A stretch of 64,000 nt of DNA from Barthelona sp. PCE (GCA_040285745.1 JAUFOR010000002.1:1674001-1738000), one strand, 5' to 3'. Shown: positions 31,748 to 42,861, counted from the stretch's first letter. A program made the numbers and translations. The notes: generated by a model not told the origin, from the sequence alone.

Positions 31748-32176
31748 ATGTCTATTATTAAATCACAATCACATGTTTTAGAAGAAAACATACCACTTTT
31801 ATGTGGAATCTGTTCAAATAATGGTCGAATTCGGTCGTTTAAGATTGATGATATGGGTGTGCGTTGTGAAAAATGTGAGCGCCTTTTCACGGGTGTCACA
31901 TGGTACGATAAGGGGCTTCGGCTAACGAAGCGGGCGAATATTTGTCGAAAGTGTTGTGAGGAGCAACAAAGATGTCAAAGTTGTTTCTCTCTACTTGATG
32001 GAGGTGCAGGGCTCCCTACCAAGATTGCAACTCCTGCAAGAAAGGAAGATGTAGTAGGTGATGTGACCAACGGAGCAGGGCATTTGAAACTCCCACACGA
32101 AATGGGGAATCCCATACGCATGTCATTCGAACAGCTTATCACCCATTTGAAGAACCCAACTCATGATCCAATGTGA
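31748..32176 (+). CDS. RBM22/Slt11(Ecm2)-like splicing factor, N-terminal zinc-binding domain only
   Basis: P.LC..C, C.KC.R.FT...W and IC..C.....CQSC match the RBM22/Slt11 N-terminal Cys pattern. Confidence 0.78.
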   Translation: MSIIKSQSHVLEENIPLLCGICSNNGRIRSFKIDDMGVRCEKCERLFTGVTWYDKGLRLTKRANICRKCCEEQQRCQSCFSLLDGGAGLPTKIATPARKEDVVGDVTNGAGHLKLPHEMGNPIRMSFEQLITHLKNPTHDPM

Positions 32177-32211
32177 TCACCTACACTCACAGTTAGTTAT
32201 TTACTGCAAAA

Positions 32212-33231
32212 CTACCAAAACTGGGCAGACTTCTCCATGCACTCAATCATTCTGTTCCAATACCCTTGGCTATCCATGGAAACAGCGAATGTAGCGTTGG
32301 GCTCCATGTCGGTCAGGCCGTAGTGGTCGACAATGGTGGTACCACCCATCATTGTCTCGCTACAATCAACATCCAAATGCCAGTTTTTATACTTGATGTT
32401 TAGTTCTTCAGAACAAATAGCCATTGCTACAGCACATGGATCGTGGACAGGGGGGCTGTCCAGACAAAAAACTTCTTTGTATGTTTTGGCAAAGAAGAGC
32501 ATCAGTGATTCAATAAAAAACCAAAAATCGCAGTCATCCTTTGAAGTTTGTTTATCTCGAATACGTTCTATGATGTCATCGGTGGCGGCTGCATAATTGT
32601 GAGTGAGTTCAAGTGAAGCCACATAAATTTTTTTGTTATTCATTCGACATCTACGACATACCGTTTCCCATGCAATCGGGTCAACCTCAACATTGAATTC
32701 TGCAGTGGGTTTGGTGTTACCCCTTCCACTATATGCGCCTCCCATGAAATATACACCCTCGATGTGATCTATTACATCAGGAAATCCTGCCAACAAAAGA
32801 CCTACATTCGTCGCTGGACCTGTAACAATGAGCTTTACGTTCTGATGTGCTTTGATGGTTGTGTACATGTTCATGAGACACGGGGTTTTTTCGTTTTCAA
32901 CCTCATCAATTTTCTCTTGGATTTCTGCATCAATGTGTGCCCAAGTAAGATTATTGAGAAGACCAAGACCACTTTCACCGTGTATTTCAGGGCAAATCGC
33001 AGACTTGTGCAATACAGGGCGAGAGGCACCTCTAAAAACAGGAATAGAAAGAGCATCTTTACCGCCGGCCAAACGCAAGGCACGTATGGCATTAACTGTT
33101 GTCTTTTCCACCGTCTGATTGCCAGCAACACATGAGATACCTATGATTTCAGCATCTGAATGAATTGCAAGCATGATGGCGAATAAATCATCGTGTCCTG
33201 GATCACAATCAATGAAAATTTTGTTGCTCAT
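32212..33231 (-). CDS. Inosine/uridine-preferring nucleoside hydrolase
   Basis: DCDPGHDD, GNQ, IHGESGL, TGPATN, AEFN and PPVHDP motifs. Confidence 0.95.
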   Translation of the reverse strand: MSNKIFIDCDPGHDDLFAIMLAIHSDAEIIGISCVAGNQTVEKTTVNAIRALRLAGGKDALSIPVFRGASRPVLHKSAICPEIHGESGLGLLNNLTWAHIDAEIQEKIDEVENEKTPCLMNMYTTIKAHQNVKLIVTGPATNVGLLLAGFPDVIDHIEGVYFMGGAYSGRGNTKPTAEFNVEVDPIAWETVCRRCRMNNKKIYVASLELTHNYAAATDDIIERIRDKQTSKDDCDFWFFIESLMLFFAKTYKEVFCLDSPPVHDPCAVAMAICSEELNIKYKNWHLDVDCSETMMGGTTIVDHYGLTDMEPNATFAVSMDSQGYWNRMIECMEKSAQFW

Positions 33232-33346
33232 AGTATTAGGCCAGTGTATTGATAAAATCAATATGCAGTAAAGGTTGAAAGATGAGTAGCACGGTTTAGT
33301 TTTTTAAAAGTCTTGATTTTTGTTTTCTTTATCTTTTCAAGAACGT

Positions 33347-34600
33347 ATGTCTGCACCAAATGCACCAAACGTAATATTTCAAGCACCATCTGCACCAACA
33401 GGAGCACCTGTTGTACCTATAAATTCTGAAATGTATGATTATGATGATTATGATGATGGACAAGTCCATGTAAGTCCAATTTTCATTTTTTTTTCATTTT
33501 TGAAGCAGTCTATTTGCTCAGGTAGTCCAGATTTCGAGTATTTTTGGAGTTATCTCATTAACTTCATAATTGCACTTTGCCAGGTTGGCACCATATTCCT
33601 TGAAGGACCTGAGTGGAAATGGTTCAGGTTCTGGACTTTTATGATTAGTTTAATAGTTATTTGGCGTCATGCAAGCGATTATTTTTCACCTTGGTCAGAT
33701 GATCTTGAGTCTTTTTACGTACTTCGTATTATTTTCTTTATAATTGAGCTTGTCTACATCTATTATTGGTTCAATTATCTTTGGATTTGGATTTCAAACA
33801 CTGCTTTCTCATGGATGGATATGTTCCCTGACCGAGATTATGATTTCTATGAGCAGGGTGTTTACAACTATAACATTTATTCCAGATACACATGGAAATA
33901 TTCATTAAGCGCATTGGGAATTGGTCAAGTTTATTTTTGCGTCGTTGGTCTCAGTATACTTCCTTCAATTGCTGTATTTTATGGTGCTGTGCATGGTGTT
34001 GTCGTTATCAACATTTTGTTCTCATTAAAAGCCGCTTTGGATTCTTCTACAGCCAGTGGAGATTTTTGGTATTATATCTTGACTAGTTTATATTACATTG
34101 CAAACACAATATCTTTCTTAGTGTGTTGTTTCCTGTATTCTACAGGAACATACGGCACTGAGGTTGTTTCGGCATGGCTTCTGAGTTTGTGTTGGATCTT
34201 CCAAGTCTTTTTCATTGTTTATTATGCATTGAAGAAGGATGATGTTTATGATTGTATTAGCAGTGATTATAAAGATACTTATGTAGTTGGTTTCGTACAA
34301 AGTATTGTTTGGATGGCACAATCATTTATGGTTATGGTCTATTATTATTCAAAATCATTTGATTATATTTATTCAAGATTGTTTGGCGACGGATACACGC
34401 TTAGTAATTTGAAATATTACTTCGGTCAAAATATTGCACAGTTCTGGTTGGGGTTGATATATATCGTTGTGTTTGTTGCAATTTGTTCTTTTATTTATTG
34501 CATTGTTTTTAACATTAAAAAATGTATGGATTCATATAAAGAATTTTCTGCTCAATACCAACAGCAAAACACTTCAAAGAAGAAGAAAATGGTCCATTAG
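33347..34600 (+). CDS. Multi-pass membrane protein, function unknown
   Basis: About 9-10 hydrophobic segments. Probable in-frame intron starting at 33470. Confidence 0.75.
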   Translation: MSAPNAPNVIFQAPSAPTGAPVVPINSEMYDYDDYDDGQVHVSPIFIFFSFLKQSICSGSPDFEYFWSYLINFIIALCQVGTIFLEGPEWKWFRFWTFMISLIVIWRHASDYFSPWSDDLESFYVLRIIFFIIELVYIYYWFNYLWIWISNTAFSWMDMFPDRDYDFYEQGVYNYNIYSRYTWKYSLSALGIGQVYFCVVGLSILPSIAVFYGAVHGVVVINILFSLKAALDSSTASGDFWYYILTSLYYIANTISFLVCCFLYSTGTYGTEVVSAWLLSLCWIFQVFFIVYYALKKDDVYDCISSDYKDTYVVGFVQSIVWMAQSFMVMVYYYSKSFDYIYSRLFGDGYTLSNLKYYFGQNIAQFWLGLIYIVVFVAICSFIYCIVFNIKKCMDSYKEFSAQYQQQNTSKKKKMVH

Positions 34601-34673
34601 TCATGAGGATTTAATCTCAAAATGTTGTAAATAAATATTATCTTGTAATCCTTTTTTTATTCTATTTCAAGCA

Positions 34674-35612
34674 ATGCCACCTCGGTTATGCGAGTTTTGT
34701 GGTAAGAAAAAGCCAGCTGTTAAGCGGATAAGGACACCAAGCAAAGTTTGTTCTGACTGTTTCATTTTGTTGTTTGAGGAGGATGTTTTCAATACTGTGG
34801 CTAAGCACAACGTGTTTGAGAGGGGCGATGTTGTGGGAATTGGTCTTTCTGGAGGTAAAGACAGCGTTGTTATGTCGTATTGTTTGCAAGCACTTAATAT
34901 CAAACACAATTGGGATGTTAATTTCGTGTTTGTATGCATTGATGAAGGTATTTCAGGATACAGAGATGATTCAATAGAGACAGTACGTTTTGTTGCACAA
35001 GATCTTGATCTTCCACTTCATATTTTTTCATTCAAGGATTTATATGAGCATAGTATGGATGAAATCTGTGGTAAATTGGGGACAAAACAGTCTTGTAGTC
35101 ACTGTGGTGTTCTACGTAGAAAAGCTTTGAATCACGCATGTCAGGAAATAGGTATTACAAAGATGTGCATTGGTCATAATGCAGACGATGTGGGCGAGAC
35201 ACTGCTTCTGAATTTCCTGCGTTGTGATGTTAATAGGTTGAGCAATTCAACAACAGTTGTTACAGGAGATGTAATTACACGAATCAAGCCTTTGTTGGAG
35301 GTTACACAAAAAGACATCATTCTTTATGCGTTTCATCGCCGTTTGCGGTATTTCAGTACCGAATGCCCGTATGCATGTGATGCATTTAGAGGGGTTCCTC
35401 GCGAAATGATACAGATGCTCACAACAAATATACCTTCTGCGGTTTTCAACCTTATAACAACTGGTGATCAGGTGCAGGCGATGGTCGAGCAACAACGCCC
35501 AACCAAGCCACGTGAATGGGGTGAATGTGAAGGTTGTGGAACTCAGGTATCAAAGAGAGTATCACTGTGCAGTTATTGTATGTTAATGCGAAACATGAGT
35601 GATGATGACTAG
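34674..35612 (+). CDS. CTU1: Cytoplasmic tRNA 2-thiolation protein 1
   Basis: SGGKDS PP-loop, IDEGISGYRDDS, CSHCGVLRR, GHNADD and STECPY motifs. Confidence 0.95.
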   Translation: MPPRLCEFCGKKKPAVKRIRTPSKVCSDCFILLFEEDVFNTVAKHNVFERGDVVGIGLSGGKDSVVMSYCLQALNIKHNWDVNFVFVCIDEGISGYRDDSIETVRFVAQDLDLPLHIFSFKDLYEHSMDEICGKLGTKQSCSHCGVLRRKALNHACQEIGITKMCIGHNADDVGETLLLNFLRCDVNRLSNSTTVVTGDVITRIKPLLEVTQKDIILYAFHRRLRYFSTECPYACDAFRGVPREMIQMLTTNIPSAVFNLITTGDQVQAMVEQQRPTKPREWGECEGCGTQVSKRVSLCSYCMLMRNMSDDD

Positions 35613-35633
35613 TAGCTACTATTTATTTGCTGA

Positions 35634-37727
35634 TTAAAGGTTTTTGAAGTCGAAAGTACTGTGATGACGAACGTAATCCTCGTATTCTTCCCAGGTTCCT
35701 TCATATCTTCTCATATGCTTATTTTCAATGGTATAAATATCGTCACAAGTTGCTTGTAATAAAGAACGATCGTGAGAAACAACAATAATTGCACCTTGGA
35801 AATTATTAAGTGCTGAGATAACGGCTGCACGTGTATCAATATCAAGATGGTTAGTAAGCTCATCCATCAATAGTAAGTGAGGGTTTTTGCGGAATGTAAT
35901 ATTTGCAAGTGACACACGGGCTTTTTGACCACCAGACAGAGTTTTGATTTTCTGAAGTGACTGCTCACGTGTGATGCCAAACATAGCCAGATGTCTCCTC
36001 ACCGTCTGCTCGTCTTCACCTTCGAACTGGTTCATAATATGCTCAAGTGGTGTGTAGTCTGCGCCTAATTGCTCCAGATGATGCTGTGCAAAATATGCAA
36101 TTGACAAGTTAGCAGTACCAACCTTACAGAAACCCACAGTTGGTTTTAGCAGACCAGCCATAATTTTTAACAGCGTTGATTTACCGATAGCGTTGGCAGC
36201 TACAATAGTGAATCGTGAATCGCGTTTGATTTCCAGATCAATGTTCTCTAAAATAAGAGGGTTATCACCGTAGCCAAATGAGACATCCTCGAGCTTCATG
36301 AGTGTGTCACGTTGGACACGGCCAACGGGTGGGAAGTTGAATGTCATGCTAGCGTCTGTCGTCTCTAACTCAATGAGAGAAATCTTATCAATTGCCTTAA
36401 TTCGTGACTGAGCCATATTGGCCTTCTTAGCCTTGTATCTGAAACGGTCAACAAAAGTCTGCATGTGAGCAATACGAGCGTCCTGTTTTGCTCGTTCTCT
36501 GCGTTGGGTCTCAAGCTGTCTACCTCTGATTTCGAGGAAGGCATCGAAATTACCCTTATAGTTAACCAAACTCTTTGTGGTATGGTTTAAGAACACGATT
36601 TGGGTTGCGACGGCGTTGATAAACTCCTTGTCGTGAGAAACCATGAGCATGGTGCCCTTGAAACGATGGCGGAGATAAGCCTGTAAGAAGAGAATCGATT
36701 CAATATCAAGATGGTTTGTAACCTCATCACCCAAAAGAAGATCAGGGTCAGCAGTGAGTGCTGCACAGATTGCGAGACGCATACGTAGACCACCAGAAAG
36801 ATACTTGACAGGGCGGGTGACCATCTCAGCTGTGAAGCCGAAACCACTGAGACAAACATGTGCTCTTGCTCTAATTTGATCGACACCCATTTCAGCGAGA
36901 CGACTGTTGAGATCAGCGATATCTTCGTCAAACTGTGCATCAAGTCTGCGACGATATGTGGAACCAATGTCAGGGTGCAACAAAAGACATGTGTCAATAA
37001 CAGAAGTATGCAAGGGTGGGATTTCTTGCTGGATGAATGCGATCGTACCGACGTCGAGTCTGATTTTACCCTCATAAATGGCACGTAGCAATGTGGATTT
37101 ACCCTTGGCATTGTTACCATATAAGAAGGTACACTCGCCTTCACGGAAGGAAAGGGTAGCCTCCTCCAATAAAATATTTGAGGGATATCCCATTGTGATA
37201 TCCTCGACCAATAAGGCAGGGAAACCACGAACATCTCCATGATAACAAATGAAACCGTCATCTTCATCCTCTTCACGTTTGGACTTGCGGAGAATAACTT
37301 TTTCACCACGTTTTTGGCGCTTAGCAACCATACGCTGGTAGTCCAGTTCAAAATACAAATCGTTAACGCTTTTAAAATCCTTAAGGGGATCATCTAACTC
37401 TTGTTCTTGCTGGAGATCCTTAATGATGTTATGCCCTGTGATTGCATAATCCAACTTCTTTGCATTGAGTGATACTGATGTTAGCTTCTTGCGCTCAGTG
37501 TTGTTAATCTGTGATTTATATTTAATAAGCTTATTGCACAGTTTCATAGCAACATCATCTGTATCTGCAACGTCTGCGTCGATGAAAATCTCAGCAAGTG
37601 CATCAAATAGATCCTGACTTGTGTCTGAGTCTTCAATTACACCAATAACGTACGAGAGAATAGCTTCATCATCAATATGTTCAATTTTGTCACCTAAAAC
37701 GGCGTTTAATGCTTCTCTTGGGTTCAT
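35634..37727 (-). CDS. ABCF3: ABC-F family ATPase, ABCF3/Gcn20-like
   Basis: Two NBDs and no TMD; LSGG, DEVTNHLD, FVDRFRYKA..A.MAQSRIK and YFAQHH. Confidence 0.88.
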   Translation of the reverse strand: MNPREALNAVLGDKIEHIDDEAILSYVIGVIEDSDTSQDLFDALAEIFIDADVADTDDVAMKLCNKLIKYKSQINNTERKKLTSVSLNAKKLDYAITGHNIIKDLQQEQELDDPLKDFKSVNDLYFELDYQRMVAKRQKRGEKVILRKSKREEDEDDGFICYHGDVRGFPALLVEDITMGYPSNILLEEATLSFREGECTFLYGNNAKGKSTLLRAIYEGKIRLDVGTIAFIQQEIPPLHTSVIDTCLLLHPDIGSTYRRRLDAQFDEDIADLNSRLAEMGVDQIRARAHVCLSGFGFTAEMVTRPVKYLSGGLRMRLAICAALTADPDLLLGDEVTNHLDIESILFLQAYLRHRFKGTMLMVSHDKEFINAVATQIVFLNHTTKSLVNYKGNFDAFLEIRGRQLETQRRERAKQDARIAHMQTFVDRFRYKAKKANMAQSRIKAIDKISLIELETTDASMTFNFPPVGRVQRDTLMKLEDVSFGYGDNPLILENIDLEIKRDSRFTIVAANAIGKSTLLKIMAGLLKPTVGFCKVGTANLSIAYFAQHHLEQLGADYTPLEHIMNQFEGEDEQTVRRHLAMFGITREQSLQKIKTLSGGQKARVSLANITFRKNPHLLLMDELTNHLDIDTRAAVISALNNFQGAIIVVSHDRSLLQATCDDIYTIENKHMRRYEGTWEEYEDYVRHHSTFDFKNL

Positions 37728-37871
37728 GATGTGTAAAAAAGCCCTCTGAAATAGTGTGAGAAATTTTTTACAGGTTTATCTGTTGATCCTTTATTGTCAT
37801 AGTTGTCATATGGGGTTTATGGTGATATGTGAAGTTATGTTAAGTCTGTTTTGAACTTTTTAACCACTTTC

Positions 37872-38090
37872 ATGAATGTAAGGGCAAAAACAATTTCTCT
37901 TGTTGAGAATGAGTTGAAAATGGCGGGGCCAAAGGCAGAAGTTAATCGGATTGAGTTGTATTCGGATTCTTTGGTGGAGTCGGTTAAAAATGAACAATTT
38001 GAGCAGTTTGAGGACAATACATTCGAGCTTCAGGCACACGCATGTCGTGTGATGGAAGCAGCTTTGACAGAATTGCAAAATAGAACATAA
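37872..38090 (+). CDS. Short ORF, possibly a gene remnant
   Basis: Protein-like composition. The frame continues upstream through a TGA. Confidence 0.3.
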   Translation: MNVRAKTISLVENELKMAGPKAEVNRIELYSDSLVESVKNEQFEQFEDNTFELQAHACRVMEAALTELQNRT

Positions 38091-38764
38091 ACTTAGGGAA
38101 TTGTTCTGATGTCTTTAGTATTTGTGTATTGGTGTTATTGTTTTCGATTTGAAGTACCTAAAGCAGATGATATTGAGGATTCACATACTTACTGGATTTG
38201 AAACTTCACAATTTTAAGATATGAAGGTGATATCGTTTGATCTGTTTTTACATATAGTTGAGCTGATGCTTTTTTTTATATAAACTGAGCAACATTAGCA
38301 ACATGACTGTGGAAAGAATAATTTTTTTTATTCTATAAAAAGAGTAGTTGTGAATGCCCTCATTTTTTTCTTATTTATCATATTGTTCATTTATACTTTA
38401 ATATGAAGCGCTGTCTTCTTCCATGTGGCGTATTCAGTTTGATATTTATCACAAAGAAGGAATGGAAGAGTAACAAATCCGAAAAATGTAAAGATTTTTT
38501 ATAACCGTTTCCTCCGCATTCCCCTTTAAGATTGTGGATCTAAGCCGAGTTTGGTCCGCAAAACAAACTGTTTAAGTTATACAATCAAGTTTTGAAAAAT
38601 AAAAGTGAATGTGTTTATTCTATACGAATTACACTCCCGCGACCACCTTTATCTCACAACCAACCATGTAGAAAAACCATTGTATTCTTGGGATGTCAAC
38701 TTTATGAACTTGTATTTCCAAATTTCGCCTTACCCAAGCATTCCGGATTTAGTTTTTTGTTACT

Positions 38765-39604
38765 ATGAACTTGGAAGTTATCGAAGATCCCCATAACGTT
38801 GAATTTGATACCGTTTACGCTATTGGCTTTGCAGAAGATGCCAACGTACGTCACAGACCTACTATGGAGGATGGACATGTCATTTGTAAGAAGTTCTATG
38901 AAAACGACATGTTCTTAGCTGTTTATGATGGTCATGGTGGTGCAGGAGCTTGCCAAGAAGTAGAGAATCTTTTACACATCGCCTTGCTTGAAGAAATGAG
39001 CAAGGGGACAGACCACGACATCGACCAGTGTTTCACAAACGCATACAAAAATGTTGATGAAGAGCTTAACACAATGGGTTTTCAATATGAAGGTTGTACT
39101 GCCGTTACAGTTCTTTTAAGGAATGCCCCCAGCCGCTTTGAAGCCGTTGTGGCGAACGTAGGCGATTCACGTTGCCTCATTGTCACTGAGAACAACGGAT
39201 TTTTCTCAAGTCAGCTCACTGTGGATCACCGTCCCAACAAACCTAAGGAGAGTGCTAGAGTTAAGTCAGAGGGTGGTTTCGTGATCTTCAACCGTGTCAA
39301 CGGTATCCTTGCAGTATCTAGAGCTTTGGGTGATCACGGACTCAAACCTCCTGTCAGCTGTCTACCTGATATAAATCACCGATTCATTATTCCTAACGAT
39401 ATCGCCATGGTGCTCGCTTGTGATGGATTGTGGGATTTTGTTACAAATGAGGCGGTTGAGACTATTGTTGCCGAATGTTGGACTAATGGTGTTAATGCTA
39501 CTGAATGTGCGCAAAAGTTGGTCGACACTTCGTTAGAAAATGATAGTACAGATAACATCAGTGTAATGGTTGTGTATATGAAGGAGCATCCTGAGAAGAA
39601 CTGA
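38765..39604 (+). CDS. PP2C (PPM) protein phosphatase
   Basis: RPTMED, VYDGHGG, ANVGDSR, LAVSRALGD, LACDGLWD and DNIS motifs. Confidence 0.96.
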   Translation: MNLEVIEDPHNVEFDTVYAIGFAEDANVRHRPTMEDGHVICKKFYENDMFLAVYDGHGGAGACQEVENLLHIALLEEMSKGTDHDIDQCFTNAYKNVDEELNTMGFQYEGCTAVTVLLRNAPSRFEAVVANVGDSRCLIVTENNGFFSSQLTVDHRPNKPKESARVKSEGGFVIFNRVNGILAVSRALGDHGLKPPVSCLPDINHRFIIPNDIAMVLACDGLWDFVTNEAVETIVAECWTNGVNATECAQKLVDTSLENDSTDNISVMVVYMKEHPEKN

Positions 39605-39655
39605 GCCTAGAGTTGTAAAGAATATTGCTTATTTTGATTAAAAACATAATGTTTA

Positions 39656-42600
39656 TTACAAGTCATCCAATAGGGAGAACTTGGAGATAAGATCCTGTGC
39701 TTTTGATGTTGTAGGTTTATCAGCGCGTTCTTGAACTTCTGCTTCAACCTCCTCTTTAGCTTCAACGTCTTCTTCTTCTTCTTCTTCTTCATCCTTTGGT
39801 CCTTCCAAAGCAATTTCAGATTCTTCTTTTGACTCTACAACATGATCCTCAACAACCTCAGTTTCTACAGTCTTAATTGAAGACACTGGTTGGGCTAACA
39901 TATCAAGCAAACTCTCGTTTGCTCTTTCCTCAATTGTAACGTTTCCATTACTTTGATTATTGTTATTATCGTCAAAATCATCATCATCAAGACGTTCAAG
40001 TTCATCGAATACCTCAATCTGTTGCTTATACAGTCTGGAGTACATTCCGTTCTCAAGCTCCGCGAGTTCGTTGTGTGTACCCTGCTCAAGGACCTCACCC
40101 TTCATAATAACAGTGATATTATCAGCGTGCGCGATAGTGTTGAGTCTGTGTGCAATCATGATGCATGTCCTGTCGTGACTGATGTTACGGATGGCCTCCA
40201 TGACCACTTCTTCAGATTGGGGATCCAAAGCACTGGTAACTTCATCCAATAAGAGCAATTTGGGATTTTTCAACAAACAACGTGCAATTGCTAATCTCTG
40301 TCTCTGACCACCACTCAGCAGTTCACCTCCTTCGCCGACTTCGTTCTCCAAAGTTTCAGGCGTAACAAAATCGTCAGCAGCAGCTAGTTTAACCGCACGC
40401 CAAAAATCATCGGCACGAACCGCTTCACCCTTACAACCGTATGTGATGTTATACTTGATTGTGTCGTTGAATAGCACAGCCTTTTGAGTGACAACACCAA
40501 TCTGGGCAATGAGGGAACGGGGTTGAATATTACGCATGTTGATACCATCAATATATACGTTACCGGCATCATTCTTGCCCGTTACACGGTATGATCCCTG
40601 CATGAGGGACAGTAGTGTGGATTTACCAGAACCAGAACCACCAACAAGTGCAAGACTTGTACCCGCAGGTACTGTGATGTCGACGTTTTTCAGGTTAGGT
40701 TCCTTTTCATCATCACTAGAATCATCATCAGAGTCAGCCAGCGCGTTGGGATACGTAAATGTTACGTTATCTAACTTAATCTCACCCTTGAGATCATCCA
40801 TCAACAAACCTTCATCCATACCGTATTCTGGTGTTCTTGTAATGATCTTGTTGATTGCCTTGAACGAACCAAAACACGTGGCGACGGCTGGCACGACACC
40901 TACAAGTGTCTGGAAAGAGCCGTTAACCATAATTGAAAGGAGAGCCCAGTTGGCCAACTCGGATTGTGTCATTTCACCATCGACGACAAGAAGGAGTCCA
41001 TACCAGAGGCATGATCCGAGAATGCAAGTGTTGAGCAAGTTTTCAATCGATGTACAAATTGCATCAACAAAATTCTGCTTCCGACCTGTCTTCAAGAATT
41101 CTCCCAACGATTTTCTGTACTGTAATATTTCGACATTTTGTTTAAGGAACAGACGAACAGCAGATAGTGCGTTGAACGATTCCATTGATTTAGCGTTGGA
41201 TACAGCACGTGCCATAACAAACTCTTCAGAAATTACAGCTGTGAGACGTGTGGATCTATAAACTGTGAAACACAGTCCGTATATGAACAGGGCGAGCATA
41301 ATGGACGAAAGTTGCCACGACAACATGTATAACTGGAAAACACCAACCACTACTGTGCTCATTGGGTAGAAAATATCAGCCAAGCGCTCTTTCAACAAGG
41401 TTGCCAGCTCATCAACATCAGTTGTCAGGTACTGTTGTAATACACCGGGTGCAGCTGCGGGTGATTGAAGGAAGCCAAGTTCTTGTTTCAATAATGAAGA
41501 TATGAGCATCGATTTTAGCTTCTGACTTGCCTTCTCACCACCAATGGTAAAGAAGAGTTGTCCAATTCCGACAGCAATACCAGTACACGCTGCAAATGTG
41601 AAATATGATAGAGCTAGTGAGTTTGCAAGTTGTACAGCACGCTCAGGGAAATCAGGGAATTTATCAAGTGTATCAATGATACTTGTAGACGTCATTAGTT
41701 TCGCCAAAGGTTCGTTTGACAATGGCGCAAGAACACCTCTTAACAGATTCATGAGAACACCCACTAAAAGCACCCATTTGCCAACAAACATTGTCTGAGA
41801 AAGATGCTTCCATTTGATACTGCTCTCTCTCTTTTTGCTTTTCTTCTTTTGATCCTCGTCCACAAAGCGAATTTCCTCAAGATTAGGGTTTTTATATCCC
41901 TTTACGGAAGCGTAACAAAGCACTGTTTGAGCAATGAAGAGAACTTGAGTTATGAAAAACCTTAGATCCAAGTATCCTGTCTTGGAAAAGCCATACAAGG
42001 AGTGCACCTCCATTACAGTATGATATACAAAGTTAACAATCCAAAAGAGATGTAAAAACATGGGATGGCGCTTTCCAGTATGATAGTTAAAATATGTTAT
42101 GGCGAGAGCTCCACTCCAAATGAAGACACACAATGTTACACTGAGGATACGAACACCAGCTCTGCTATTGCTGCTAGAAGAAGGAACCATTGCAAAGATT
42201 AGTTCCATATCATACAAACAAGCAATTACAATTTGCCAGGTGAATTTCTTTTTAAAGAGTGATGCAAGGGGAAATGGTCTTTTCTTATTTTTTTCAAGAA
42301 GAATTTTTTCGACAACCATATCTCTCCACGGTTTTTGTTTAAAAGCATAAACAATGATAAAAATAAAAAACATGACGCATCCAGGGAAGAAGAACACAAA
42401 GTCTGTGAAACATTCTGATAGATAAGTATATTCTGTCCTTAAACCACCTTCAGAAACTGAGTAAGTTTGGAAAATGGAAAAAAATGTGTTTTGAAGTGCA
42501 CAAAACGACGACTTCCCAGAGTCTACAACGTCAAAAACCAATGAAACTATAATAAAAAAGAAGAAGAACAACACAAACGTTATTAACGGTTTGCTCATCG

Positions 42601-42676
42601 TATCTTGATATGCAGGTTTGCTACTCTCCTGGGCATCATCCAGGCCTGTAATGATGTAGCCCTCTGCGTCTGACAT
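39656..42676 (-). CDS. ABCB-type half transporter with an extra N-terminal TM region
   Basis: TMD followed by NBD with GGSGSGKST, LSGGQRQR, DEVTSALD and IAHRL. Start is uncertain. Confidence 0.88.
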   Translation of the reverse strand: MSDAEGYIITGLDDAQESSKPAYQDTMSKPLITFVLFFFFFIIVSLVFDVVDSGKSSFCALQNTFFSIFQTYSVSEGGLRTEYTYLSECFTDFVFFFPGCVMFFIFIIVYAFKQKPWRDMVVEKILLEKNKKRPFPLASLFKKKFTWQIVIACLYDMELIFAMVPSSSSNSRAGVRILSVTLCVFIWSGALAITYFNYHTGKRHPMFLHLFWIVNFVYHTVMEVHSLYGFSKTGYLDLRFFITQVLFIAQTVLCYASVKGYKNPNLEEIRFVDEDQKKKSKKRESSIKWKHLSQTMFVGKWVLLVGVLMNLLRGVLAPLSNEPLAKLMTSTSIIDTLDKFPDFPERAVQLANSLALSYFTFAACTGIAVGIGQLFFTIGGEKASQKLKSMLISSLLKQELGFLQSPAAAPGVLQQYLTTDVDELATLLKERLADIFYPMSTVVVGVFQLYMLSWQLSSIMLALFIYGLCFTVYRSTRLTAVISEEFVMARAVSNAKSMESFNALSAVRLFLKQNVEILQYRKSLGEFLKTGRKQNFVDAICTSIENLLNTCILGSCLWYGLLLVVDGEMTQSELANWALLSIMVNGSFQTLVGVVPAVATCFGSFKAINKIITRTPEYGMDEGLLMDDLKGEIKLDNVTFTYPNALADSDDDSSDDEKEPNLKNVDITVPAGTSLALVGGSGSGKSTLLSLMQGSYRVTGKNDAGNVYIDGINMRNIQPRSLIAQIGVVTQKAVLFNDTIKYNITYGCKGEAVRADDFWRAVKLAAADDFVTPETLENEVGEGGELLSGGQRQRLAIARCLLKNPKLLLLDEVTSALDPQSEEVVMEAIRNISHDRTCIMIAHRLNTIAHADNITVIMKGEVLEQGTHNELAELENGMYSRLYKQQIEVFDELERLDDDDFDDNNNNQSNGNVTIEERANESLLDMLAQPVSSIKTVETEVVEDHVVESKEESEIALEGPKDEEEEEEEDVEAKEEVEAEVQERADKPTTSKAQDLISKFSLLDDL

Positions 42677-42861
42677 GTTGTTAGACGACTGAAAGGAATG
42701 ATAATTAATACAACAAGCTGGGTGGGTTGTTTTGCTCTCCCGTACCTCCACTGTCTAATGATTGGCCATTGTTGCCAAACATAGTGTCCTGATGTTACGA
42801 TAGATAATGTTTTCAGTTCTTTCACCCTTTTCGAGCAACTTTACACATTTTTATTTGAGTC

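Noticed and set aside
36587-37393. 268-aa alternative-frame ORF within ABCF3
   Set aside because: Overlaps a well-supported gene and has no recognisable features.
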